DNA of 64,000 nt from a bacterium. Lineage in GTDB: Bacteria > Babelota > Babeliae > Babelales > Babelaceae. The position numbers were made by a program, and so were the translations under genes. Below, in pieces: positions 1-9,014 of the stretch. Under the pieces are notes generated by a model. That model did not search any database. It was not told the DNA's origin and saw only the letters and a list, made by a program, of their open reading frames with translations. The stretch lies in assembly GCA_021827715.1 (NCBI GenBank), contig JAKAUO010000019.1, forward strand, positions 3,290 to 67,289, in the 5' to 3' direction. Position 1 is the stretch's first letter, and every line of letters begins with the position of its first letter.

Positions 1-49
1 TTTTTCAAATTTTACGGTAAAATAGAGACAAAAACTATAAGGAGTCGCA

Positions 50-349
50 ATGAAATCGTCGATTATTCTCTCTTTAACCCTAGTGAGCCTCTCCCCAATA
101 TATGGAGTCCAACGCGAAATTTTTATTACCCTGCCTGAAGGAACCATCCCAAATGTGGAAAAAATCGTACATATCACCCCCCTTATTGCAGTAACCAGTG
201 TTATTACCTGCCTTTCTGCCTACCAACTTTTCATAAAAACACCTGCCAAAAAGGCTCAAGAACGGCAGATTTTAGTCGATTGGGCGCTTCCTTCAGCGGG
301 GCTTGCTGGTGGCCTTCTAGCGTTGATTTTGATCAGTAAAAACCTATAA
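50..349 (+). CDS. small hypothetical membrane protein (99 aa)
   Basis: ORF track. aaggag RBS at 39-44. Hydrophobic N-terminus (IILSLTLVSLSPIYG) and hydrophobic C-terminal stretch (GLAGGLLALILI). Confidence 0.4.
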   Translation: MKSSIILSLTLVSLSPIYGVQREIFITLPEGTIPNVEKIVHITPLIAVTSVITCLSAYQLFIKTPAKKAQERQILVDWALPSAGLAGGLLALILISKNL

Positions 350-453
350 AATTCACCATTTAATTACAATCTGAAAAATACTTGACTTATCTTCCTCCTG
401 GTATATACTATATTTTATAGCATTAATAAAACCAGTTAAAAGACGGGAAAATA

Positions 454-846
454 ATGAAAAAAAATATATTATTTCTAGCAAGCATACTTATATGCTCATT
501 AACCTCTGCACAGGCAGCAATTCCATCTATTAATATCCCTTTAAGCGCGCCAAACCATTATAAAATCGACTTAAAGCTAGATTCTAACCATATTTTAAAG
601 GCATCTGAAAACGTACAAGATGGCTTAAAGAGTACCTCTTTATTAGCCACGCAAATGGGCTTTGTTGGTGTTGGCTTAGGGATAAGCTACTATTCATTGT
701 CGCTTTTAAAAAATCTCGCTCTTAAGAACCAAAAAGACGCTCAAAAGACTTGTTTTTCAGATCGAACAATGGGTATTTTCGGTGGAGTAGGCTTACTTTC
801 AGGCCTGGGCTTAATTTACTTTAGTAGTAAATTGGCACGTATATAA
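454..846 (+). CDS. hypothetical secreted/membrane protein (130 aa)
   Basis: ORF track. Signal-peptide-like N-terminus ending LTSAQA. Two Gly-rich hydrophobic segments (GFVGVGLGISYY, GIFGGVGLLSGLGLIYF). Confidence 0.45.
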   Translation: MKKNILFLASILICSLTSAQAAIPSINIPLSAPNHYKIDLKLDSNHILKASENVQDGLKSTSLLATQMGFVGVGLGISYYSLSLLKNLALKNQKDAQKTCFSDRTMGIFGGVGLLSGLGLIYFSSKLARI

Positions 847-849
847 AAA

Positions 850-1329
850 TTACTCTAAAAACGCACGGAGCATCCAGGCCATTTTTTCGTGACGTTCCAT
901 CATATCACATAAAAAGTTATTGGTGCCCGCGTCACCAAGTTCCATCGTAGCGTCAACTTCTTTACGAATCAAACGAATAATTATTTCATGGTCATGAAGT
1001 AAAATTTCTAACATGCCCTTTTCGTGGGGATTCTCACCAGGATTTTCAACAATTTCTGCTGTTTTTAAATACTCTTGCGCCGTTCCTGGGGCCATGTGGC
1101 CCAATGCACGAATACGTTCGGCAACTTCGTCAACCATTTCTAAAAGGTCTTCATACTGTTCTTCAAAAAAAAGATGGAGCGGTTTAAAATCTGACCCGCG
1201 TACGTTCCAATGGAATTTAAGGGTCTTGATATAAAGTAAAAATTGATTTCCTAAAATATGTGACAATTTTTGGCTTACTACTTTACGTGTTTCATCCGAA
1301 AGTCCAATAGCAATGTGCGTCATCTTCAT
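850..1329 (-). CDS. dps: Dps family DNA-protection/ferritin-like protein
   Basis: Dps-type motifs HWNVRGSDFKPLHLFFEEQYEDL and DEVAERIRALG. Start moved to the MKMTH methionine, which has an AGGAG RBS just upstream on the minus strand. Confidence 0.85.
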   Translation of the reverse strand: MKMTHIAIGLSDETRKVVSQKLSHILGNQFLLYIKTLKFHWNVRGSDFKPLHLFFEEQYEDLLEMVDEVAERIRALGHMAPGTAQEYLKTAEIVENPGENPHEKGMLEILLHDHEIIIRLIRKEVDATMELGDAGTNNFLCDMMERHEKMAWMLRAFLE

Positions 1330-1452
1330 GTCTCCTATGGTTATATTCCTCATGTACTGTATCAAAAAATGGGTGGTTCTGACAAGTATCTATAAAAGAT
1401 TGCGTGCATTGCCTCATACAAGCTACTCTAAAAAATAGGGGAGGACTTGTAG

Positions 1453-2577
1453 ATGAAGTATAAAGCAGTATTGCCACTGATACTTTTTGTATCACTCGGC
1501 GCACTTAACGGTACCACAAAAAAAACAAAGACATATGCCTTAATACGGTATCCTGTTGTTGATCTTTTTAGTTCAGCCGCTATCCCAACCACGGTTTCGG
1601 CAGCAACTCGTACACCTACACCGTGTCTTCGCATACATCAGGCCCTTTTTAATGAAGTTTTTGAAATAGAACAGACAGAAGGTCAAGCAACCGCGCTCAT
1701 TATTCCCTGGGCACGCTATGGTTATGACGCGCAAGGTAAAGCCCAAGCACGTTATTGGGTTTCCAATAACGATATTATCGTTCTTTCAAAAATCTGCATA
1801 CCTGATTTTCACAACGCATTGCCCTTTTTTAATAGTCATACGGTTACGCTCAAAAAACCCTTACTGATTAACAAAGTTACTTATTCAGTCGGTACACAAT
1901 TTGTGCGTACTTTCAACGACACAGCTGATGATATTTCCATCAAGTATATAGATAGTGTTGCCAAGAATATTCAACACTGCACCATCCCACGCTCAGCGGT
2001 TCTTAAAACCCCTCCGCATCCCTCGCGTAAAGAGTTTGTGCGCGTGCTTACTGAATTTATTAAAGATATACAGAGCCAGAACCCCGGTGCTATCCCCTAT
2101 GTTTGGGGTGGCAGTAGCTTTCTGCGGCCCTATAGTGCCAGTTATACAGAAGATTCACAAGGGTTTCATCGTGCTGAAAACGAAACCGTTCCTTTAGCAG
2201 GCTATGACTGCTCTAACCTTATTTTACGCTTTGCGCATATGATGAACATACCCTATTTTTTTAAAACTACGTCAATGCTTGAAAAGTATGGGAAAAAATT
2301 AACGCGGCATGATAAACTACAAGAAGGTGATCTCATTTGGCTTCAGGGACATGTTGCGGTTATTACTGATCTTGCCAATACACTTATCCTAGAAAGTAGT
2401 GGCTATGAAAATAGCGTAGGCAGAATTCGCATAGTAAAACTTTCTGAATTTCTTAAAAATATCAAAACGTGGGACGATCTTTTAAAGGCCTATCGCAACA
2501 ATCAAATCGTTGTTCGGCTTGATTCCCAAGGTAATGATTATAAAGAGTCTCCTGTAAAGATATTTAAGTTGTATTGA
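1453..2577 (+). CDS. secreted NlpC/P60-family (papain-fold) cell-wall hydrolase with an unknown N-terminal domain
   Basis: Signal peptide. C-terminal Cys/His core: GYDCSNLILRF, then GDLIWLQGHVAVITD. Confidence 0.7.
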   Translation: MKYKAVLPLILFVSLGALNGTTKKTKTYALIRYPVVDLFSSAAIPTTVSAATRTPTPCLRIHQALFNEVFEIEQTEGQATALIIPWARYGYDAQGKAQARYWVSNNDIIVLSKICIPDFHNALPFFNSHTVTLKKPLLINKVTYSVGTQFVRTFNDTADDISIKYIDSVAKNIQHCTIPRSAVLKTPPHPSRKEFVRVLTEFIKDIQSQNPGAIPYVWGGSSFLRPYSASYTEDSQGFHRAENETVPLAGYDCSNLILRFAHMMNIPYFFKTTSMLEKYGKKLTRHDKLQEGDLIWLQGHVAVITDLANTLILESSGYENSVGRIRIVKLSEFLKNIKTWDDLLKAYRNNQIVVRLDSQGNDYKESPVKIFKLY

Positions 2578-2616
2578 AACAGTGGCGCGTACTGCAATAG
2601 TGTAGTAATTTTTCTG

Positions 2617-2937
2617 GTGTCATTTTATACTTATAGTATGAATAACAAGTTTTTGCCTTTATATAAAAAAATTATTGTCGATAGTGTTACGCAAGTGCTT
2701 CCTAAGTGCTCTATTTATCTTTTTGGTTCTCGTGCTCGTAATACTAACCGAGAAGGCGCTGATATCGATGTTGCTTTAGATAATCAAAAAGTAATATCAT
2801 TTCAGGACTTGATGACCATACGCAATAACCTTGAGGATTCTCATATCCCAGTCAATATGGATATAGTTGATTTACATGCAGTATCACAAGATTTTAAAAA
2901 TAAAATTTTACCGGAAATAGTTGTATGGAAAAAATAA
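2617..2937 (+). CDS. minimal nucleotidyltransferase (MNT-type antitoxin)
   Basis: LFGSRARNTNREGADIDVALD matches the GSxAR...DxD pol-beta NTase signature. Overlaps the next ORF by 13 nt. The true start may be ATG 2638. Confidence 0.8.
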   Translation: MSFYTYSMNNKFLPLYKKIIVDSVTQVLPKCSIYLFGSRARNTNREGADIDVALDNQKVISFQDLMTIRNNLEDSHIPVNMDIVDLHAVSQDFKNKILPEIVVWKK

Positions 2938-3386
2938 ATTCAAAAAAAGAACTTCTTGATAAATATTCGATACTTCAAGATGCATTGGATACCTTAGATT
3001 TTATTGTTAAGCGTTATCAAGATACTGTTGAAAAGACTGATATTGATGACCATGATGGCATGCAAGTACTTCGTATCGAACGAGATTCACTTATTCAGCG
3101 TTTTGAATATTCTTATGAGTTATTCTGGAAATTTTTAAAAAAATATGCAGAACATCAATTTATAAGACTTGAATCAGCTTCGCCTCGCGGAATTATCCGT
3201 ATTTGTGTTCAAAGTGGTATTCTTACAGAAGAACAAGGTTTACTCGCGGCAGAAATGCATGAATATCGAAATAAAACATCACACATGTATCGTGAGGAAA
3301 TCGCTGATAGTATAAGCGAACACGTTCCTGAATTTTATATGTTTATGCGAACAGTATCTCAGCATTGTATGCAGATATTAAGCTAA
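2925..3386 (+). CDS. HEPN-domain protein, HI0074-type nucleotidyltransferase substrate-binding protein (toxin partner of the MNT)
   Basis: RDSLIQRFEYSYELFWKFLKKY and the Rx4H HEPN motif RNKTSH. Translationally coupled to the MNT gene. Confidence 0.8.
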   Translation: MEKINSKKELLDKYSILQDALDTLDFIVKRYQDTVEKTDIDDHDGMQVLRIERDSLIQRFEYSYELFWKFLKKYAEHQFIRLESASPRGIIRICVQSGILTEEQGLLAAEMHEYRNKTSHMYREEIADSISEHVPEFYMFMRTVSQHCMQILS

Positions 3387-4408
3387 AAATAAGGCACGAT
3401 AACATACGCTAAGCGGTAACGATTTTCCCATGCCTGAACAAACGGCTTAAGTGGATAGCGCACTGCTTTCTGCACATTTTTCTCTGCCGTATCATGGCAT
3501 ATAATTTCTCTTTTATTCAAATCAATACCCACTACCGTAATCAAATGTCCTTTATCATAAGGCTTCAGTGCACCGGGCAATAATTCAGATGAGCAAATAC
3601 TCAAAATTACCGGACATCCTCGCTTAAGTAATCGAATGATATCCTTCAATGAGTTTAAACGTGCAACATAGCAAAGATATCCCGGTAAATAGACGCCGGC
3701 AAGTGCGGTATTAAAGGGCCAACTTCCGTAAATAGAAAGTTTTGAATCAAAAACTTCCTGTGCTAGTGTCGCTACATCATAAGATTTATTGGTATAAAAC
3801 CCTATCACTTGAGCAATTGACGCTGGTGAGCACCAACCGGTACTTTCTGTATAGTCAGCACTATGTTGTGATAAAATGGGTACGCCTTGAATGTAAAGCG
3901 GTTTGACATTTTTGGGATAATCATCTATAGGTTCGGGCTTAAAAAGTGCAAGATCGGAGGCGCATACACTGATGCTACGAAGCACCTGGGTATCAGCGCC
4001 TTTGTACCCCTGCACGTTAATACGAAACTGATGATATTTTCTTCCATGAGCACCTTCAAAGCGCACATGAACATAGCGCGCGCTTGAAGAAGGATCTTTT
4101 TCTAAAAATGAATGGTTAATCCCTTTACCCCATTCATACATTTTATAGGTTGACCATTTGTGTAACTTTTCATCAAACACTTCTAAAGAAAAGCGTAAAT
4201 ACCCTTTTGCAGGAAGATCTGCGGTCCATGAAACTAACAGTTGGTTAAAGGGTTGCGCTCCTTTTTTTTCAACAGTAACGTTACCCGTTTTACGAATAAA
4301 GGCTTCTGGGAAAAAATGGTATGTTTTTGTCCACGTATGCGCATGCATATATCCAATGCTGCTCAGTATAATTAAATAGATACTATTTTTTTTCATACCT
4401 GTTCTCAA
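3383..4408 (-). CDS. secreted peptidase C39-like (papain-fold) protein with an unknown N-terminal beta-rich domain
   Basis: Signal peptide. Candidate catalytic Cys in GWCSPASIAQVIGFY and His in KGHLITVVGID. Confidence 0.55.
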   Translation of the reverse strand: MRTGMKKNSIYLIILSSIGYMHAHTWTKTYHFFPEAFIRKTGNVTVEKKGAQPFNQLLVSWTADLPAKGYLRFSLEVFDEKLHKWSTYKMYEWGKGINHSFLEKDPSSSARYVHVRFEGAHGRKYHQFRINVQGYKGADTQVLRSISVCASDLALFKPEPIDDYPKNVKPLYIQGVPILSQHSADYTESTGWCSPASIAQVIGFYTNKSYDVATLAQEVFDSKLSIYGSWPFNTALAGVYLPGYLCYVARLNSLKDIIRLLKRGCPVILSICSSELLPGALKPYDKGHLITVVGIDLNKREIICHDTAEKNVQKAVRYPLKPFVQAWENRYRLAYVIVPYF

Positions 4409-4414
4409 TGTATC

Positions 4415-5569
4415 CTACAAAACATGGATATCAAAAAGCTCTTCAAATCTTTTAAAATTATAGAGCATCTCAATAACTTGTAATCGAGAACGGTTCCACA
4501 CGGGTAACATATCCAATGCATGTTGCATAAAACTATTAAGACCTATTTTATATTCAGTGTTTCCTGCTTGATCAACAATAACTTCAGGAAACGCGATACC
4601 TATACCAAAAAGTCCCGGTGCGATAAAGCCTGTTTGGGTATTATATTCCATATCAGGATTACAACCGGGAATAGGATTACGTTCATACCCTGCAGCATAA
4701 ATAATTTTTGTACACAAAGGCAGCCATGCCTTACGCGCCTTTTCTGAATTATAAATTCTGGCTAAATTGCAGGGTGGGTTTTTTTCTAATACATTTTTTG
4801 CCCATTCAGCAGCAATACCCTTAAGCCCAGAACTACTATACAAAAGCCAACCACCCATGTCCTGCGTATAGACAAAAGGTTTTTTATAAAAATTGATAAT
4901 ACGCGAAACCGGAAGTTCACTTAAAAATTTAAGAACTAAAACCGCAGAATGTGCGCTGCCAATAACAGCAACAGTATCTTCTGGGTTTACCAATTGCCCA
5001 AGAAGATCTTTATTTAAGGCATAGTCAAGGGGAATTTCTTCTGCACATTCTTGATACTGTAAGGATCGGGGATGCGCTCCTGTTGCAAGCACTACCCGTT
5101 GGGCATCAAATTCTTTTCCATCGGCAAGCTCTATGTGCCAAGTATCCGCACTATATTCTAAACCTGTCAATAAGGTCTGATGCGAAGTAACTTTAAAGCG
5201 CATACAATTGGTGATATCTTGAAGCGGTTTTACAATAATAGAAAGTGGGTACTCTTTTACCAAATTATAATTATATAATTCTTGTACTGCGTGCGGTGCG
5301 CATTCCTGAAACGCTTTACACGCCTGTATAAAATCAATATATAAGGAAGTTTTTGTATTGCCCGGCACTGTTTGGTAATAGTGCCCAATACGTCCTACGT
5401 TAAATTCAGGATCCACCCAGACAATATCTTTTTTAGGAATACCCAAATCAAGTAATAACCCAACAACTACTATACCTGCAGGTCCGGCTCCCACTACGCA
5501 CCATTGAACTGCATTAACCTCTAATAGACCCATACAAATAAGGGCTAAAAAAATTTTCTTAAGATTCAT
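4415..5569 (-). CDS. FAD/NAD(P)-binding oxidoreductase (two Rossmann motifs) with a hydrophobic N-terminal leader
   Basis: VVGAGPAGIVVVG directly follows a hydrophobic leader. Second dinucleotide motif VAVIGSAHSAV. The alternative start at M13 would remove the leader. Confidence 0.6.
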   Translation of the reverse strand: MNLKKIFLALICMGLLEVNAVQWCVVGAGPAGIVVVGLLLDLGIPKKDIVWVDPEFNVGRIGHYYQTVPGNTKTSLYIDFIQACKAFQECAPHAVQELYNYNLVKEYPLSIIVKPLQDITNCMRFKVTSHQTLLTGLEYSADTWHIELADGKEFDAQRVVLATGAHPRSLQYQECAEEIPLDYALNKDLLGQLVNPEDTVAVIGSAHSAVLVLKFLSELPVSRIINFYKKPFVYTQDMGGWLLYSSSGLKGIAAEWAKNVLEKNPPCNLARIYNSEKARKAWLPLCTKIIYAAGYERNPIPGCNPDMEYNTQTGFIAPGLFGIGIAFPEVIVDQAGNTEYKIGLNSFMQHALDMLPVWNRSRLQVIEMLYNFKRFEELFDIHVL

Positions 5570-5620
5570 TATCTATCCCCCCTAAAACGACTCCTTTTAA
5601 CTTTACCCAAAATGGTGCAC

Positions 5621-7351
5621 TTATTGCAAGACACGCAATGCTACATCGACGCCTTGGAGTTCGAGTGAAACTTTACCGTTCCAATGGTTTTCAGTTATAT
5701 ACGCAGCTATAGAAAAAGAATTATCTTGGTTGCAAGAAAACCATTCATATAATTCTGGACGGTTGAAAAAAATCACTGACTTAATGACGCCTTCAGAAAA
5801 TATACGTATTTTACAATGCTGCTCTTTAAGCAAATGCGGTGGTTCAAGAAGTGTTACCTGTTCTATAAAAAAAAGTGGCTGGGCATTTTCACAGCCAAAG
5901 GGTTCTAAATAATGAAGCCCATGGGAAAGCTGTTGGGTGATATCGGTAAGCAGTAAGGGCGCATCACAAGTGATTCTTTTAATAAGTGTTTCAGCCGTTA
6001 CATACTGCATAATATATTCAGATAAACGCTTTTTAAAAAGGTCAAAATGTTCTTCTTTTAAGGAAAGCCCTGCCGCCATAGGGTGACCACCAAAACTTAT
6101 TAAAAGATCTTTCACCGATGTTAATGCTTTGAAGATATCACATTCTGGAATTGACCGGCATGATCCCTTTAAAATTCCGCCCGCTGTTTTATGTAATAAA
6201 ATAGTAGGAACATTATAAGCATTCATAAGTTTACCTGCCACCAACCCGATAACACCTGATGGCCAATCATCATTGCAAGCAATAATCATGCGCGATTCAT
6301 GGGGACGAATGGCGCCCTGACTAATATGCTGTTGCACCGCTTCAAAAATGCTCCTTTCAATCTGCTTACGCGTTTCATTTAATTGATGCAAGAGGCTTCC
6401 GACCGCTTCTGTAACCGCATCATCGCTTCCCACCAGGAATTTAACGCCTGAACGCGCATCTTCCAAGCGCCCGAGCGCATTAATTTGAGGAGTAATAAAA
6501 AAACCTATATCCAATGAATTCAAAAGAGGCTTAGTAACACGCGCATTGCGCTTGAGAACGGTTAACCCGTAACTGTGACCTTGCGTAATTTTTTTCAACC
6601 CATGCCGCACCCAATACCTATTTTCCCCGGTAAGCGGCACCACATCAGCAACGGTTCCTAAGAGTAACAATTCATACACTTGGTATGGTAACTCTTTACC
6701 CAGTCGCTTATAAAGTAAAGACATAAGTTTAAAGCTCACGCCCACCCCGGCAAAAAATTTATAGGGGTATGAGCAATCTTCCTGGTGGGGGTCAATCACT
6801 GCAAAGGCAGCAGGAACTTTACCATGTGGTCTGTGATGATCAGTAATAATAAGATCAATACTGAGTTGCTGTGCACGCTCAGCCGGCTCAAAAGCGCTAA
6901 TGCCGTTATCTACGGTAATAATAATTTTATAGCCATTCTGATGAGCACGCTCAATAGTTTTACACGATAACCCGTACCCATCTTTTACGCGATGCGGTAA
7001 AAAGAAATTTACCTGCGCACCCAGCGGCAACAAACAGATCATCATAAGCGCTGAGGAGGTTATCCCGTCAACATCATAATCACCGGAAATTAAAATTTTT
7101 TCAGAATGCTCAATTGCTTTTAGTAAACGATCAACGGCTTTTTCTGCGTCTTTAAGTAATGCAGGATCCGCGACATCTTTTTCATAAGAGCTTATTAAAT
7201 AATCTTGTAAATGCTCTTTTTGAGTAAATCCTCGACTATACAAAGCATAAGTTAATGCTATCGGAAGCGCCACTTGTGTAGCAAGATTGGCAACCTGCTG
7301 GGTATCAACTTCAGGGATTTTCCACTGATATTTAAGGCCTTGCACAATCAC
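5621..7351 (-). CDS. recJ: single-stranded-DNA-specific exonuclease RecJ
   Basis: DHH-family motifs: GDYDVDGITS, TVDNGI, ITDHH, and GGHPMAAG (DHHA1). Confidence 0.9.
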   Translation of the reverse strand: MIVQGLKYQWKIPEVDTQQVANLATQVALPIALTYALYSRGFTQKEHLQDYLISSYEKDVADPALLKDAEKAVDRLLKAIEHSEKILISGDYDVDGITSSALMMICLLPLGAQVNFFLPHRVKDGYGLSCKTIERAHQNGYKIIITVDNGISAFEPAERAQQLSIDLIITDHHRPHGKVPAAFAVIDPHQEDCSYPYKFFAGVGVSFKLMSLLYKRLGKELPYQVYELLLLGTVADVVPLTGENRYWVRHGLKKITQGHSYGLTVLKRNARVTKPLLNSLDIGFFITPQINALGRLEDARSGVKFLVGSDDAVTEAVGSLLHQLNETRKQIERSIFEAVQQHISQGAIRPHESRMIIACNDDWPSGVIGLVAGKLMNAYNVPTILLHKTAGGILKGSCRSIPECDIFKALTSVKDLLISFGGHPMAAGLSLKEEHFDLFKKRLSEYIMQYVTAETLIKRITCDAPLLLTDITQQLSHGLHYLEPFGCENAQPLFFIEQVTLLEPPHLLKEQHCKIRIFSEGVIKSVIFFNRPELYEWFSCNQDNSFSIAAYITENHWNGKVSLELQGVDVALRVLQ

Positions 7352-8154
7352 GTCGGCCCCACTGCATCTTGGGTGTTTTTAGAAATAAGTGAACAATAAG
7401 AAAGATTATTCAGATCATACAGCGGATCAACTACCACTTCATATAAATAGCCTAAATTATTAAGAGTAAAATTCTTAATGCGTCCTACGGCTAACCCTTG
7501 AGGATAGAGTAACCCGTCACCACTGGTAAGTATTAATTCATCAAGCACCAGCGGTTCTAGGTGACTTATAAAATCAATCTGATTGCCATGAAAAACACCA
7601 TGCGCTCCTGACTGCGCACACACCACGGGAACATGACACTGCTGATCGGTAATGGGCATAACGCGAGCATGCCACGGATATACGCTTACTACCCTGCCTA
7701 ATAAAACATTATTCAAAGTGGCTAACATATTAAGTGCAATGCCATCAGAAGAACCTTTATCAATAATAAAAAATGAATCTTTTTGTTGTAATTGTTTATA
7801 GATAATTTGCGCAGTACCGCAATAGTTTAGAGGTTGCCTTTGCTCATACACAATTCCCAAAGCATGCATCTGCTTGCAACGCATCAATTCTGCTTGTGCT
7901 TTAATAACATCTTGCAATAATAAGGAACGCTCATGATAATTACGTTCTATAAGCAGATGATACTCTTTATGGCTTTTAAATCGATAATAAGCATCTTGCA
8001 TGGGCTGCACCGTATAGGCATACAGACATACCAATATATAGAGCACCGCACTGACCAGCACCGAAAAGGGATAAAGTACCACCTGCGGGTGCTTGATGAC
8101 TCCGTACAATAAAAAAAGTACTATACTGAAGGCTACAACATTTCTTATACGCAT
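7348..8154 (-). CDS. mreC: rod-shape-determining protein MreC
   Basis: N-terminal TM, coiled-coil region, then MreC-like LLGRVVSV...ITD...LTSGDGLLYPQGLAVGRI. 4-nt overlap with recJ. Confidence 0.7.
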   Translation of the reverse strand: MRIRNVVAFSIVLFLLYGVIKHPQVVLYPFSVLVSAVLYILVCLYAYTVQPMQDAYYRFKSHKEYHLLIERNYHERSLLLQDVIKAQAELMRCKQMHALGIVYEQRQPLNYCGTAQIIYKQLQQKDSFFIIDKGSSDGIALNMLATLNNVLLGRVVSVYPWHARVMPITDQQCHVPVVCAQSGAHGVFHGNQIDFISHLEPLVLDELILTSGDGLLYPQGLAVGRIKNFTLNNLGYLYEVVVDPLYDLNNLSYCSLISKNTQDAVGPT

Positions 8155-8168
8155 ACACTTTAAAACTA

Positions 8169-8966
8169 TTAAAAACGTTTTTCATAAGAAAGCGCCAGAG
8201 CGCCTGATTTGTTTACCAGAATATCATAGGTGCGTTCATGATGTAAGCCGTTCTTTACAACTTTTTCAGAAGCAGCGCCAAAGACACACCCTAAGGCAGC
8301 GCCAGCAACCACTTGAGACACGGTATGCCGATTAATAGCAACTGACTGAATCGCAACAAGAAGCGCAAAAGCGCTTAACGGAATAGCATAATCTTTTCCT
8401 AATTCTGCACCAAATAAAAAAGCCATAAAGGCTACTTCAAACATATGTCCAGAGGGAAACCCACCGTAATATTTTTTGCAGGGAGAAAAATATTCATTTT
8501 TTGGCCTGAGTGATCCTTTGATAGGAATCAATTTAAGCGCATCTTTATACAGCCACAAAAAGGGGAGCGCTGCTAAAAAGGTATTAGAGGTCAGACGAGT
8601 ACGCTCATCAGATGAAAAAAATTGTAATAAAATAAGGGCAGTAAAAGATATGCCCATCAGCGGATCAACACTATATTTAAAGACAGGGGCAATTTCATGA
8701 ATATTGCGGTGTTTTTTTTTATTATAAAAATAGGCGTGCGTCGGTGCGTCTGCCGCCCGCCCGGCCATATAAAATGGTGCGCTTTCTAATAAAATTTTAT
8801 AGGTATCTGCCGTTCCAAAAAGATATTTATTGAAATTAATCATGCCATGAATAGTTTGCTGCATAAAGATAGAAAGCGGGTTACCACACAGCGGTGCTAG
8901 CGTAATTATCACAATAATCCGTATAAAAAAACGCGCACGCGCCATTGCAAGCCCCATAAGAAACAT
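8169..8966 (-). CDS. PAP2-superfamily membrane phosphatase-like protein (third motif degenerate)
   Basis: Multi-TM. GSLRP and GFPSGH match PAP2 motifs 1 and 2. Motif 3 reads INRHTVSQVVAG, so the canonical SR and the D of SRx5Hx3D are not conserved. Confidence 0.55.
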   Translation of the reverse strand: MFLMGLAMARARFFIRIIVIITLAPLCGNPLSIFMQQTIHGMINFNKYLFGTADTYKILLESAPFYMAGRAADAPTHAYFYNKKKHRNIHEIAPVFKYSVDPLMGISFTALILLQFFSSDERTRLTSNTFLAALPFLWLYKDALKLIPIKGSLRPKNEYFSPCKKYYGGFPSGHMFEVAFMAFLFGAELGKDYAIPLSAFALLVAIQSVAINRHTVSQVVAGAALGCVFGAASEKVVKNGLHHERTYDILVNKSGALALSYEKRF

Positions 8967-9014
8967 CCCTATGGTAGAGCTTACAACAGCAAGCGTGCAA
9001 CCTTCAATAGCTTT

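Noticed and set aside
1013-1634. Short ORFs overlapping dps and the NlpC/P60 gene start (1013-1234+, 1292-1504-, 1428-1634-)
   Set aside because: They are antisense to, or overlap, strongly supported genes, and they have no RBS or recognisable motifs. The many internal 60-110-aa shadow ORFs listed in the track were rejected for the same reasons.
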